From assembly GCA_965235115.1 (NCBI GenBank), contig OZ249436.1, forward strand, positions 16,618,001 to 16,682,000: 64,000 bases of DNA. Direction: 5' to 3'. The stretch is from Laetmonice hystrix. Its lineage: Eukaryota. Made by a program: the position numbers and the translations under genes. Positions 36,801 to 51,800 of the stretch are shown here, one piece after another. A model generated the notes under the pieces. The model worked only from the letters and a program-made list of their open reading frames with translations, was not told the origin of the DNA and did no database searches. Every line of letters starts with the position of its first letter. Position 1 is the first letter of the stretch.

Positions 36801-39800
36801 GCCCACTCCCGCGCAGATCACAAAGGTTGGTCAATCTCTATGCAGACCAGAGATCGTATTGTTATCCCACTGTTAGCTATAAATACTTACACAATCTATA
36901 ATTTGACCTATCTCTTGTCTGCATGTATAATGTGACCTGTAACATCTGCATGTATAATGTTTCAGACTTGGAGGTATTATACACCTTCCAACAACTGGTG
37001 GCAGTAATACAGCGTGATGCAACCTGGTGGCTGCATACAGTCGTTCCCAAAATGTTTGAGGTGAAACCTCTCGATTACATGCACTGGTAAGATATCGTAC
37101 AATTCTCTCGATTACATGTGCGGGTAAGATATACAATCCTCTCGATTACATGCACTGGTAAGATATCGTACAATTCTCTCGATTACATGTACTGGTAAGA
37201 TATCGTACAATCCTCTCGATTACATGCACTGGTAAGATATCGTACAATTCTCTCGATTACATGTGCGGGTAAGATATCGTACAATCCTCTCGATTACATG
37301 CACTGGAATAACGCCATAAAGAGGTGAAAATTACAGTCTTGTTGAAAAGCATCATTGAATGTTTTGTTTGAAATCTTTCAGCTTGCGCAAGCTTTTATTT
37401 GTGGAGAAGGCAGACCAATACTGTAAGCTTGACAACTGGCCTGCCGAGTCTGACAGAAGGTATGTAGAGTGATGAGTTTCTGATTAGATTGTACAAATGT
37501 CATGGGGAGTACATGTACATGGACTTGTGACCAGAGGAAATTCACAATCATTATTGGTTTCTCTCTTACCTCATGCTATAAGAATACCTACAGGTGTGAC
37601 CCTTTTGAAGAAATTATATGATAGCTGTCATTATGTTCTAACATGTCATGACTTGTCATGATGTATATGAGACTCCTGATGTTATTGCCCTCCAGTATGC
37701 TCCTCCGGCTTGTCTCTGAGGTTCCCGTACTGGAGGACACATTGATGCGGGTACTCATCATTGGGTTGACACGGGAACTCCAGCTCAGTGCTGGAGACAT
37801 CCTGGACCTGGCTGACACACTCATACGACGTGCTGCAGTTCTCCATGGTGACGGTGAGTAAACTTGAGAGGTGTCTATAAATGTACTCATCTTTCTACAT
37901 GTGTTTACTTTTGGGTCTAAATTAAGGAGACATTTGCACAACTGTATAGCGTGCTAACAGTTGATGAAGGGCAGATGATGAACAGGGCTGAATATTTGAT
38001 GACTTGTGATGAATTGCTGCAGGATTTGAGGTGCTGGCAGTGGAGAGACTAAAACTGTTTGACGCCATTTTTAATCTGTGTGCCTACAGACATCCTGAGA
38101 ATATCGCTTTGCCAAATGGGTAAGTCAGAACTTCAAAAGATAGAATGACAACTTGAATATTAGGTCTACGAGCAAGGGCCATCATGAGTAACACATATTG
38201 GGGGAATATCTTATGAACTCAGGTCCTAAACTTATTCTTAAGTGCACAAAAAACACTTCACTGTAATTAAACATCAACTGAATGATTTGTAATAATGATG
38301 AAGTTAAACCAGCAGACTCCCACTCACTGGTCAACCAATGGAAGACACTAGCCACATAATGCTAATTATTGTTTATATTGGTTATTTACAAGGCACATTT
38401 TGGTAGAAATCGCAAAAACAACTTCTTTCTGTGTTTTGTCATGTGGTCTTTCATTGAAATTGATTAATAAACAAAGGGTACAAGATTATCATTATGTACT
38501 TATGTTTCACCCATCTTCATTGCTTTCTGACTGCTGTACTTAATCATGAACAGTTATACACCACCAACCTTGGCCATCGCAAACCTGTACTGGAAGGCAT
38601 GGGTCATGCTGCTTCTACTAGCTGCCTTTAACCCAGCCACTATTGGTAAGTTAGGGACACCGGTCCATGCTAAACTTGTAATTTATATGAAACATGTAAG
38701 ACTCGCATTGCCCCCATCTTGCCATGCAGTCTGTAGGCCTATAAGGGTAAGACTCTCATATAGCTCCTGTCTCTATTTCCCAGAGAGTCACTGATGGTGC
38801 TTGTGTTGTTTTCAAAAGACAGGGTCTGCTTAATTGCAATATGACAATCATTTTTCTTAAAAGAAAAGTGTACATTAGAAGGTGATGTATGCGTTATGTT
38901 TGACCAGGTCTGTCTGCTTGGGAGAACTATCCAACCCTTAAGTGTCTGATGGAGATGGTAATGACAAAGTGAGTGATGATCTTTCTGGTAATCTTCCAAT
39001 GATTCTGAGTGCCATCTCGTGCCACTTAGTTCTCTGTCTTGATAGTTTAGCATACTTTTAATGGGACTCTAACCAAATGAGAGTGAATGGGAGAAAGTGA
39101 ATCCAGAGAGAAATATTCTTAAATTAAATCTTGATGAGAATTAACAGATGAGAAATAGTCAGTTTGGACAAAGATAGTATAATGTATTTCATTTTAAACA
39201 CAAAATTTCACAAACCTTTGATGGCCTGATGGTGCATGACTGTTTTCTTAATCATGGTCAGCCATCTTGTTTTCTGTTGCCAGTAACTTCCGCTTTCCAC
39301 CACCAACAATGGCCGTCGATGAGGCTACAATAGAAGAGATTCGTAACCGTGACAAACAGGTACTTTACTTTACAGTGAGGTTTATTCCAGGTTTTTTTTA
39401 TCAGTTACAATGACCAGAGATTTATATAGTACCATTACCAATATTTTCTCAATTACCTTGACCGAGATTGTATCAGGCACCACAACAATGTAATTTTAGG
39501 ATCTATGACCTGGCAGAGAACGTTATTATTGCAGATTGCTGAATTAGAGAAACAGGAGATTCTTGAGTTTGAAGGTCACCTTGCTGCTGCCTCCAGCACG
39601 GTTGCCATCACTGAGGCAAACAGTCTGCTACTAGCACAACTAACTACCATGGACCCGAGGTAAGAAATGCTACATAGTGTACACCATGTACTACATAGAA
39701 TTAACCATGCGCCCCAGATAATATATAAACTAGGTCAGAAATGTGACATACCATACACCATGGAATGTAGGTAAGAAATACTACATAGCATACATCATAG

Positions 39801-42800
39801 ACCCCAGATAATATGTACTACATCGTGTACACAATAGATCCCAGGTAAGGAGTATACACAATGGACCCTAGGTAAAATGTACTACATAGAGTACACCACG
39901 TATCCTAGGTAAAATGTACTGGTCTATATAGGGTACACAGTGGACCCTAGGTAAAATAGACATAGTATAATCCATGGACCATTGTCTCTGACTTGTACTA
40001 TGTGACTCCTGATTTTATTTGATAAATATCTGGTACTGAAGCTGGGCACCAAGGCTGTATGAACTCACATTCTCTATAACAACATCCAGTCCTGAGGTAG
40101 TCTGAAATAGGTCCACCTTGCCAATACTGTCCCTTCTCAATGGTAATGCTGTGCCCCTCCTCACACAGTGGCCTGGCTCGTAAACCACCAGAGGCTGTCC
40201 TCGCCCAGTTGAGAGGCATTAATGCTAGTCTCCAGCTCGGCCCCATGCTGTGTCGGTCCCGCAACCCAGACTTCTTACTTGACATCATTCACAGACAGGT
40301 GAGTACGTTACCAAATATAGATGTAAATTAAAGCTTTGGGTTAGGGGCAGGGTTAAGGGTTAGAGTTTGGTGCAGGGCTAAAGATTAGGGGTTGAGGCAG
40401 GGTTAAGTATTAGGGTTTGGTGCAGGGCTAAAGATGAGGGGTTGGGGCAGGTTAAGGGTTAGAGTTTGGGTATTGTAAGGGGCCTCAGAGTTGATAGATT
40501 GTAATAAGGTGCGTGTTGTAGGGAGCATCACAGTCGATGCCATGGCTGGCTGACCTGGTCGAGTCGAGCGAGGGTTCCCTGGACGTCCTGCCGGTCCAGT
40601 GTCTCTGCGAGTTTCTCCTGCATGATGTACCTCCAGAAGGGTTTGTTTATGATGATGAAGATGACAAAGGAGAACAACAGAAGAAAAAGCAGGTCAGTCT
40701 ACTTGTGACCTCTCAGGCCTAATAGCAGAAATTTAATCTTTTTAATTAATATATTTGAGTTGACGTTCTTTTTATGTTCTCATCACAGAAGTTGCGGAAG
40801 CAGGAGTTACTTCTGGCTCGCCTCCAGTCATTGCTCCACAGTGAATCCAGTGAACAGCATGCCATCATGGAGGTCCTCGGATACTTTCTCAAACGTCTCA
40901 CCTCTCAACAAACTGCTTCCAGACTTCTGGCTGTCAAGGTGAAAGGACGTTAGCAGGGAGGGTAGATCATTGAGGTCTTGAATAAATCAAAACACAAAGA
41001 TCCTGAGTGGAAGTAAAGGTTTATTTAGGGTAATAACTGACACAGCATGTACAAGGTATTGTATTGTATTGATGTGTTGCTGCAGGGTTTGTCCATGGTC
41101 CTGTCAAAGTCACACATCCAGGCTGCAGAGGGCACAGAGGAGATGGAGGAAGAGACAGAGGCCGTCCGCATCATTCCGTCTCACCGGTGGCTGCTGCAGC
41201 AACTTCCCTCTATTCCACACTTTGAGCTCATCAAACTAGAGACATGCACTACCCTCAGACAGGTCAGCACTGTGTCAGCGGCCTACCATAAGAAAAGACC
41301 TGTAAAGCATACAACTTAGTTTTAGTGGAAACCAACATATTAGCCAACAGATGATCAGATAATGTTGATCTGATATCAAAATTTTAACCGTACCTGTGTC
41401 CTATCCATGGTTTCTAGGCATGTCAGGTGGAGACAGACGCAGCCTCAGTGAGTGCATACATCGTCTTCTTGTCACAGTACACAGTGAACCTCCAGCTGCA
41501 AGCACTTGATGATCTTCTCCTGGTGAGTGACACCTGTCACCTCTTCACTCTCTGGTCGTCTCAACCAGGCACTGGCTTTTTGAAAGTTTTTGGAAAGATC
41601 CAGGAAGAAAATCAGATATCTCGCAATCCATACAATGAAAGGAAATTGAAATGTTGCAATACAAAAGTTACTCTGTTTCTTGTAGGACCTTGCCACACTC
41701 ATAGTTGAACGCCCCACACTGATCAACCATCTGCTGCCCACAGAGGGCGCTTCAAGCGACCGCTGTGAGCTGGTATTGACCGCCATGATCGATCTCTTCT
41801 ACACGTACCTGTGCAAGGCACAGCAGCCCAAGGAGGAGTACCTATGGGTGGGTAACGTTTAGGGTAGTGGTGGAGATCAGATGAGTCGTTATGATAAGGT
41901 ACAGCAGCCCAAGGACGAGTGGGTGGGTAACGTTTAGGGTAGTGGTGGTGATCAGATGAGTCGTTATGATAAGGTACAGCAGCCCAAGGACGAGTGGGTG
42001 GGTAACGTTTAGGGGGGTGGTGGAGATCAGATGAGTCGTTATGATAAGGTAAAGCAGCTCAAGGACGAGTGGCTGGGTAACGTTTAGGGTAGTGGTGGAG
42101 ATCAGATGCGTCGTTATGATAAGGTACAGCAGCCCAAGGATGAGTGGGTGGGTACCGTTTAGGGTAGTGGTGGAGATCAGATGAGTCGTTATGATAAGGT
42201 ACAGCAGCCCAAGGACGAGTGGGTGGGTAACGTTTAGGGTAGTGGTGGAGATCAGATGAGTCGTTATGATAAGGTAAAGCAGCCCAAGGACGAGTGGGTG
42301 GGTAACGTTTAGGGTAGTGGTGGAGATCAGATGAGTCGTTATGATAAGGTACAGCAGCCCAAGGACGAGTACCGTGGCATAGTATTGAGGACAGAAGTGT
42401 GTGAAAGGACCAGTCTCATGACAAGTTGTGACCCCCTATTTTCCTTAGTTCTGAAGATGACCATTGCTATGTCTTGCTGTCCACTGCCATGATCTAGTGA
42501 TAGTTGTAAATGGTGGTGTTTTGTTACAGTCAAACACACAGGATCAGATTCTGCTGCAGTGGGAGTCGGGAAAGTCGGCGACCATGAATGTGCTGGTGGT
42601 CCACGCCATGATCATCCTGCTTACATATGGAGAACCTAAAGGTCAGCAGATTATCTATATTTGAAATACTGGGAAAACTATTAGTCATTATGTCTGCATA
42701 AAATGACAATTTTGATCAAAAATATACTGTCAATAAGTAATTCCTGAATGCCTTTGCAGAGAGAAAAATGTACCTCATAGACCTACAATGGTAGATCAGA

Positions 42801-45800
42801 TACCAGTGTACTTGCACTGAACATTGATTGCTGAGTGTTAGGTAGGTCAGATACCAGTGTACTTGCACTGAACATTGATTGCTGAGTGTTAGGTAGGTCA
42901 GATACCAGTGTACTTGCACTGGACATTGATTGCTGAGTGTTAGGTAGGTCAGATACCAGTGTACTTGCACTGAACATTGATTGCTGAGTGTTAGGTAGGT
43001 CAGATACCAGTGTACTTGCACTGGACATTGATTGCTGAGTGTTAGGTAGGTCAGATACCAGTGTACTTGTGCTGGACATTGATTGCTGAGTGTTAGGTAG
43101 GTCAGATACCAGTGTACTTGTGCTGGACATTGATTGCTGAGTGTTAGGTAGGTCAGATACCAGTGTACTTGCACTGGACATTGATTGCTGAGTGTTAGGT
43201 AGGTCAGATACCAGTGTACTTGTGCTGGACATTGATTGCTGAGTGTTAGGTAGGTCAGATACCAGTGTACTTGTGCTGGACATTGATTGCTGAGTGTTAG
43301 GTAGGTCAGATACCAGTGTACTTGCACTGAACATTGATTGCTGAGTGTTAGGTAGGTCAGATACCAGTGTACTTGTGCTGGACATTGGTTGCTGAGTGTT
43401 AGGTAGGTCAGATACCAGTGTGCTTGTGCTGGACTTTGATTGCTGAAGGTGTAAGAGTGTTTGTTATACACTGATATTTCACAGGGTCAAGTCAGTACAA
43501 CGATCTCATCAACTCATGGTTCCCACCAGGCGGTGCGTCACCAACAGCGTACCTTGTTGATACTTCTGAAGAGGCTCTGCTGCTTCCTGATTGGTTGAAG
43601 CTGCGGATGATCCGGTCTAGCAATGAGCGTTTGGTTGATGCAGGTTTGGTGCATTCTTTCTGTGTTGTTAATAATTATTCATTTCATTCTTGGTATAAGT
43701 TAGATTTTCTGCTTGCTCTGTGTCCCACAGCCCTCCAAGATTTGGAGCTGGCCCAGTTTGTGATGTTCATCCAGTTGTTTGAATTACTGTGCTGTTTGAC
43801 CTGAGATGATCAGTTTCTCGGCTTGCTCTGTGTCCCACAGCCCTCCAAGACCTGGAGCCGGCCCAGTTAGTATTATTCGTCCAGTCGTTTGGTCTGCCCG
43901 TCAACAGTATGAGTAAACTTCTCACATGCCTGGACCGTGCCGTGTCGATAGACAGAATGTCGATGGAGGCAGCTGTTGTGGACAAGATGTACATGGCCCA
44001 GCTGGTTGACGTACAGAACATGCGGGGTGCTGTTGGGGGTGAGATGTTTCGTGTCCTGCTCCGCGGGGACACTCCGCAAGACCCAGGTACAGGAATCATG
44101 TACATACAAACCATACCCAATTATCTGAGGTCCTCTTCAATATCATGTTACTCATTACAGAGTAGTGTTTCTCTTGCTGTTTGACATTTGAGACATGATA
44201 CAAATTATACAAAATAGATTTTCTCCTCTTAAGCATGCAGATCAAATTCTAGAGTTGACTCAAAAGGATGAGCAGTTCATTATTGATTGTCTCAATTTAA
44301 GAATATAGTCAAATGATATTAATATTATTTTTGTTGGAAGCAGTGCTTGATGCCCCTATGCCCCTTGTGAAAAGGAAAACGCGTACACTGTCATCTGTGT
44401 GTCGGGCTCCAAACCTCCTGCCTGCACAGAAGGACAGTGCACAGCTTGCAAACCTCCTGCGTACCATGTTTGGAGAGGATGTCGACATAGCAGAGAGACA
44501 GAAAGCGTATCGGACCATCATGAAGGTAAGAATGGTGCACTGACTATATTCTCAGAGAACATGTACAACGAAAGTAAAGAGTTCTTAATTAACAAATGAT
44601 CTCTGTCCATCCTGTGTCAGATTAGTACTACCACTGTGTGTTAACAAATGATCGTTGTCCATCCCGTGTCAGATTAGTACTACCACTGTGTGTTAACAAA
44701 TGATCCCTGTCCATCCTGTGTCAGATTAGTACTACCACTGTGTGTTAACAAATGATCCCTGTCCATCCTGTGTCAGATTAGTACTACCACTGTGTGTTAA
44801 CAAATGATCCCTGTCCATACCGTGTCACATTAGTACTACCACTGTGTGTTAACAAATGATCGTTGTCCATCCCGTGTCAGATTAGTACTACCATTGTGTG
44901 TTAACAAATGATCCCTGCCCATCCGTGTCACATTAGTACTACCACTGTGTGTTAACAAATGATCGTTGTCCATCCCGTGTCAGATTAGTACTACCACTGT
45001 GTGTTAACAAATGATCGTTGTCCATCCCGTGTCAGATTAGTACTACCACTGTGTGTTAACAAATGATCGTTGTCCATCCCGTGTCAGATTAGTACTACCA
45101 CTGTGTGTTAACAAATGATCGTTGTCCATCCCGTGTCAGATTAGTACTACCACTGTGTGTTACAAATGATCCCTGTCTATACCATGTCACATTAGTACTA
45201 CCACTGTGTGTGTTTCTTCACGCAGAGTGTGACAAGGGAGTCATCAATGGCAGAGAAGATGAAGACCATACTTCACAAGGTTCTGAGTGGTGGCGACGGC
45301 ATGGCAATTTTTACCAACATGCAGGAGTTCCATACCATGTCCTCGCCACTACTCCGGACACTAGCCGCCAAGCAGGTATGTGTTATGCGACACCAACAGT
45401 ACGTCTCAGCATCAGATTTGACTGATACTGTCTGACCATTTACGTTGATATGAAGTAGCTGTTGACCTGATGCAATCTGCATGATGTTTTCGACACACAT
45501 GATCTGGACATTGACCTTGACACATTCACTTTGATATGATGTTGACGTTTATATAATATGACCATTTCATAGGACCGTGGCTCAGGACTCAAGTTTCCAG
45601 CCAAACTGCTGACGCCTCCTGATGAGTCTGCAGTAACTGCCCACTACAGTCACCAGGTGTCGCTGCTGGGCAGGCTTTTTGTTAAACCTCCAGAACGGCC
45701 AAGTCACGGAGCACGTGGAGGACGACGACGTAGTGGCCAGGACACGACGGGTTTCCATGCCGACATGGTCCTCAGACAGGGTAAGATTCTAGTCCCAACT

Positions 45801-48800
45801 AAATCTTGTCAACCTCTATTCACATGGATTCCTGTAATGATGTTTGGTGTTGGTTGCCTGTAATGACATTTAGTGTTGCTTGCCGTGTGTGTCGCCTGTA
45901 ATGAAGTTTGGTGTTGCTCTCTGTGTGTCGCCTGTAATGATGTTTGGTGTTTGGCGCTGTGTGTTGCCTGTAATGATGTTTGGTGTTTGGCGCTGTGTGT
46001 TGCCTGTAATGATGTTTGGTGGCACTGTGTCGCCTGTAATGATGTTTGGTGTTGGGCACTGTGTCGTCTGTAATGATGTTTGGTGTTGATCTCCATGTGT
46101 CGCCTGTAATGATGTTTGGTGTTGGGCGCTGTGTGTTGCCTGTAATGATGTTTGATGTTGGTTGCCATGTGTCACCTGTAACGATGTTTGGTGTTGGTCA
46201 CCCTGTGTCACCTGTAATAATGTAACCTGATGGCCCGGTCATGTTTCACAGCCTTGGAGGAGCCCAGCCCACAGAGTGAAGTGGCTGTCATGGAGGTGAT
46301 GAAGGAAAGCCTGAAGATGCGCGACTCGAGCGAACGCATTGCTACCATGTGTCACTTGTTAACACCTTCAGCAGCTCAGTGAGTATAGAAAGTACCTACA
46401 TGATACAGTCAGTGTCGAACAAACTTGTGCATCACAGTCACTATGAAACACCTCTCTGGTAGAATGGGCACCTACTTCTGTACAAACCACAGGATTCTAT
46501 AATATAGAACAGTTGACACGTGTTGATTGCTTTGTTTGTGTAGGCCCGATGCTCCGGCTGGTCTCGGCGCCGGTCTCCTCGTTGACTGGCTGGAGCTACT
46601 TGACCCAGAAGTAGTAGGGGCTGTCCCTGACCTCCAGCAGCGACTCCTGTTTGCCCCCACTCACTACCAGGGTGCATGGGATGAGATGCCAGCAAGACGT
46701 TCCAACCAACCATACCTGCTGGCCCTCCTCACGCACCTGTCCAGTTGGTCAAGTCTGCATACCTGTATTCAGCTGTTACTGGGTCCACAGGCACAACACA
46801 CGAGGTACTGTGTTCACAGATTATGACTAGTTCTGCTTTCAGACTATAGATTTCACATCAGTAGTCGGGTGCAAACATTCAGCAGATTGTAAATTGTACA
46901 AGTTGTAAAAATGTTACAGTTACAATGCCACAGCGGTGCTGGACTTCATCTGGGCCTGTTTACACATTCCAAAGATCTGGCAAGGAAGAGACAAGAAGCT
47001 ACCCAAGGTATGAACTAAAAAGGAGGCCAAGTATAATAAGCCAGCCACTTTTCTTTACATTGACGACTTCTAATTATCCCAATCAGAACTGACTGAAACT
47101 CAGGACCTAGAAATACTTAGGAAAAATTTTACATTTTTCCTGTTAGTACTGAAGTTCAGCTTATTAAGATTTGCTTATTAAGTCTTGGACTCATGAAGGA
47201 GTTCACATTAGAGAATTTATATGCTGCCTCCCCGTGTAATAGAAATAAGACATGTTTATTGAATTCACTCCAGAATTACGAACCTGAAGATGTCCTTCGG
47301 CTGACTGGACAGGAGGTTCAGAGTATTGTCCACTACATCCTGAATGAATCACTAGCCAAGAACCATGTGGTGCCCAGCACAAGTAGTTCATCAGAAAGTT
47401 CCCAAGTATCGCCAGAGTCGACAGCGAGCGTGGACCGACGTGTGCCACTGCTACTGCTGTGCTGTTGTGACCAGCCACAGTTGGTGCGGTCAGCATTTGA
47501 CCACCTCTACAACCAGCTAAAACTAAGCAGGTCAGCTCAACTTTTCTCTTCTCACAATACAATTAGAGGACCTGGAGATGAGCTATTCACCCTATCATAT
47601 ACAAGTGAGAAATATTTAGATTGTGAATGTGTAAAATGTTGAGAATGTTAACCTGCGATTTGTTTCCTTGTCAGTGTTGAGAGTGGCGTGGCTCACCATC
47701 TTTTGGTGCAGTTGTACCTGGCTGTGCCACAGGTGCTGAGAGCAGCTGAGCGGAGGGAAGGAAGCCTGATTGGTGGGGCAGATGGAACAATTGCAGGGAC
47801 TAGTCAGGTAAGCCATGACGGGTCATCGCGAACTGCTGTCTGTGGGTGGACGCCTGGGGGATGAGCCATGAACTGCTGTCTGTTAGCGGGTGGGTGGGGG
47901 CCTGGGGGATGAGCCATGAACTGCTGTCTGTTAGTGGGTGGGTGGAGGCCTGGGGGATAAGCCATGAACTGCTGTCTGTTAGTGGGTGGGTGGGGGCCTG
48001 GGGGATGAGCCATGAACTGCTGTCTGTTAGTGGGTGGGTGGAGGCCTGGGGGATGAGCCATGAACTGCTGTCTGTTAGTGGGTGGGTGGGGGCCTGGGGG
48101 ATGAGCCATGAACTGCTCTCTGTTAGTGGGTGGGTGGAGGCCTGGGGGATAAGCCATGAACTGCTGTCTGTTAGTGGGTGGGTGGGGGCCTGGGGGATGA
48201 GCCATGAACTGCTGTCTGTTAGTGGGTGGGTGGGGGCCTGGGGGATGAACCATGAACTGCTGTCTGTTAGTGGGTGGGTGGAGGCCTGGGGGATGAGCCA
48301 TGAACTGCTGTCTGTTAGCAGGTGGGTGGGGGCCTGGGGGATGAGCCATGAACTGCTGTCTGTTAGCGGGTGGGTGGGGGCCTGGGGGATGAACCATGAA
48401 CTGCTGTCTGTTAGTGGGTGGGTGGGGGCCTGGGGGATGAGCCATGAACTGCTGTCTGTTAGTGGGTGGGTGGGGGCATGGGGGATGAGCCATGAACTGC
48501 TGTCTGTTAGCGGGTGGGTGGGGGCCTGGGGGATGAGCCATGAACTGCTGTCTGTTAGCAGGTGGGTGGGGGCCTGGGGGATGAGCCATGAACTGCTCTC
48601 TGTTAGTGGGTGGGTGGAGGCCTGGGGGATGAAGTAGGACTGTACAATCTGTCGGTGTAATGTGGGGAATCATCAGATAAAACAACCTACATCATATAGA
48701 TGGTAAAATCTGAACCTCTCCTCTGTCTTACTCAGCTCGACGCCCTCTGTCACCGTCTGCTGAGTGCACTCGGACGAGCAGCGGCAGGGAAGGTGTCAGA

Positions 48801-51800
48801 GAATAGAATGAGCGATGCCAACATCACTTGTCGAAAGGTGGCCACGCAGCATCCCCTACTCATGCTCAGGTAAGTCCTGGGTGACGAGCTTCTCAAGGTT
48901 AGCCTGAGATGTCCAAGTGTCATGCCCAGTTTTTTTGTTTTTTTTTATTAACCATATTTAACCAGGATTACCCACTCGGCTCATAATGCCGTTACAAATG
49001 TAGGGTGCCGGGTAGAAATACAACAAACTTATTTACATTAAGAATGAATCCAAATTCATATTCACAATACAACTATACATACAGTGTAGATACACAAATG
49101 GAACCTTATACCCAGAGCCATGCTCAGTTTACCTAGGGCCATGTTCAGTTTACGTAGAGCTGTGCTCAGTTTTACCCGATAGTTGTGCTCAGTGTACCGA
49201 GGGCCGTGTTGATTTTACCCAGAGCTGTGCTCAATTTACTCAGAGCAGTGTTCACTCATGTTAGTAAAAAACCGTTCTCAGTTTACCCACTCCATCTGTC
49301 CACAGGCAGCTTCCCATGCTGGCTGCATTACTCCAGGGGCGAGCCCAGTTTACATTTGGCGAGATGCGTCATCGTAACCACATCCTCCTCTACACACACA
49401 CGCTGGGTGTCCTTGAACTCTTACAGCCTCACCTGTTCAACCCTCAGTATACGCAGGCCTGGCAGGCCATCGTCGAGAGCTACTGTCAACTCATCAGGGT
49501 CTGTTCACCTTCCACTACATCAACTAGTCCTGGAAATGATATTTCTGTATTTGAAAACATGTATGATGGCATAAAGTTTCAGAAAAAAAATCAGAGAACA
49601 CAGTTCTTGCTATGTTACACTGCAGCAGTTTGAGGAATAAGTACCCGGAATACTAGTCTGAAATACTCGAGTACCCGGAATACTACTCTGAGATACTCAA
49701 CAGTCTGTAAAGGATTACAGTCTGTTCACTCTAAGAAGAGCTCAACCTCGGCCTCATTATAAGCTGTGACCTGCCCCCTCCTTCCGTCTACCCACAGCTG
49801 GCGTATCACAAGTCGTCACCGCCTGTCACTCAAGAATGGCACCAAATTCCACGTGGTTCTGTATTACCCCAAATGTAGTACACTCACCCCAGGTTTACAT
49901 CCTCCCGTGACAGCCGTTACGGCCCGCGGCCTGTTATTGGACCCGCTGGAGGAGTGGGGCGGGAGGGTCATGAATGCGCTCGAGCTCTTCTTAGAGTGAA
50001 CAGACTGTAATTACCTAGAATACTACTCTGAGATACTCAAGTCTGTAGGGGATTAAATGGATAAAGATTAAGTGACAAATGCATACAGTGTAACGAATGA
50101 TTGATGATATTATGATCTTGTTTCAGAATCATGGATTGGAGAACAGATATTTAGCTTCACTGATCAATAAATTTATCCACATCCTTCACAATTTCTTAAC
50201 GCAAGATGCACTACGGGCTCACGCAATGCTCCATAAATATACTGGACTTTTGAGGTGAGATTCAGACACCCTTGAACTTTTGTTTACTGTAGAGATTAGC
50301 TATTAAAGTTTGCCACATTTTCTGCCTCGTGAAGTAATAATGTCAGTTGATAATGTATTCCCCTGCCCCACCAGCATGCTGTCGTCACTGTACCCAGACT
50401 TTGCCACACTAAAGTCATTGCTCGCCGGCCTGGCCTTGCCAAGGGGCGAGAAACCAGAGAAATTATCCCGATCAGCATCACCGTCATCAGAACTGGGAGC
50501 AGCAGACGGACTGACACAGCGACCGTCCTCACCCTGGCCTGCCTCACAACTCCTGCCATTCAAACAGAAGATCAGGAAGGACGCCCCCATGGAAGGTTGG
50601 TTCACCTCGTACCATTCACCTCGTACTTCTCAGACAGGTTCATCGCGAAGAAAGATTATAAGACGCCCCTTTACTCATGGTTAAGGACAAGGAAAACTAC
50701 CGCTTGACCTCGTCCCAGCTCTCAAAATCTTAAGGTCTTGCTTCAGCTTAAGCTTAAGACTTCTAATTGGCTTCTTGGAGCAGACCAACCATAGACAATT
50801 CTAGACGTGGGCCACAACCATTAAACACGTACCTGAGTGGGCAGCAGTTAGTGGATTATATAATCTAGTGTCTAATCCATTGTAATTGTACTTGTACGAC
50901 TGGTACAAATGTGTCCCAGGTACTTTTGATTTCTCATTTACTGATAAAGTGTTTCTTTCATTCAGATGTTTTGGAAGTCTTGCGGGATTTAGACGAGACG
51001 TCAAAGAGAAAAGTGGATATTTTAGACCATTTCAAGGTATTTATTTGTATTGCTTTATGAATGGAGAGTATTCGTCACAATGACCATCCCTCTCCTTTGA
51101 ACATTACAGTGCTGACTCTGACATTAGTTTTCCTCATTAGTATTGTACCTGGACTGTTGTCTTATGTTTCACTCACCATTAAGGAACCAGTTGCAGTACC
51201 ACTGGCGAGGAGTTTGAGAGATTTTTGTTGTTGTTACAGAGTGACTTGTGTCGGTTAATGACAGAGCGGAATGAAATGATACGCACTCTTACCCACAACT
51301 TAATCATGCGCTTCCTGCGACACAACCCAGGGTAAGTCACACAATGGATGAGATATAACTGTGAAGTTTACCATCGAGTCACACAATGGATGAGATATAA
51401 CTGTTCAGTGATAGCTGAGAGCTAACTGAAGTTTACAGTCTGTTCAATCATAGCTGAGGGTTAACTGTGAAGTTGACTGTCTGTTCAATCATAGCTGAGG
51501 GTTAACTGTGAAGTTTACAGTCTGTTCACTGATAGCCATGGGCTAACTGTGAAATTTACAGTCTGTTCAATGATAGCTGAGGGCTAACTGTGAAGTTTAC
51601 AGTCTGTTCAATCATAGCTCAGGGCTAACTGTGAAGTTGACTGTCTGTTCAATGATAGATGAGGGCAAACTGTGAAGTTGATAGTCTGTTCAATGATAGA
51701 TGAGGGCTAACTGTGAAGATTACTGTCTGTTCAATGATAGTAGCAGCTTGCAAGGATAATCAAGATAAATTTTACATATTTTGTGACCTGTAAATGTTAC

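Noticed and set aside
40338..40470. Telomere or fusion site
   Set aside because: Short, degenerate GGGTTA-like repeats within a normal intron.
42716..48685. Repetitive ORFs at 42716-43471, 45809-46211 and 47804-48685
   Set aside because: Minisatellite read-throughs inside INTS1 introns; the INTS1 frame closes without them.
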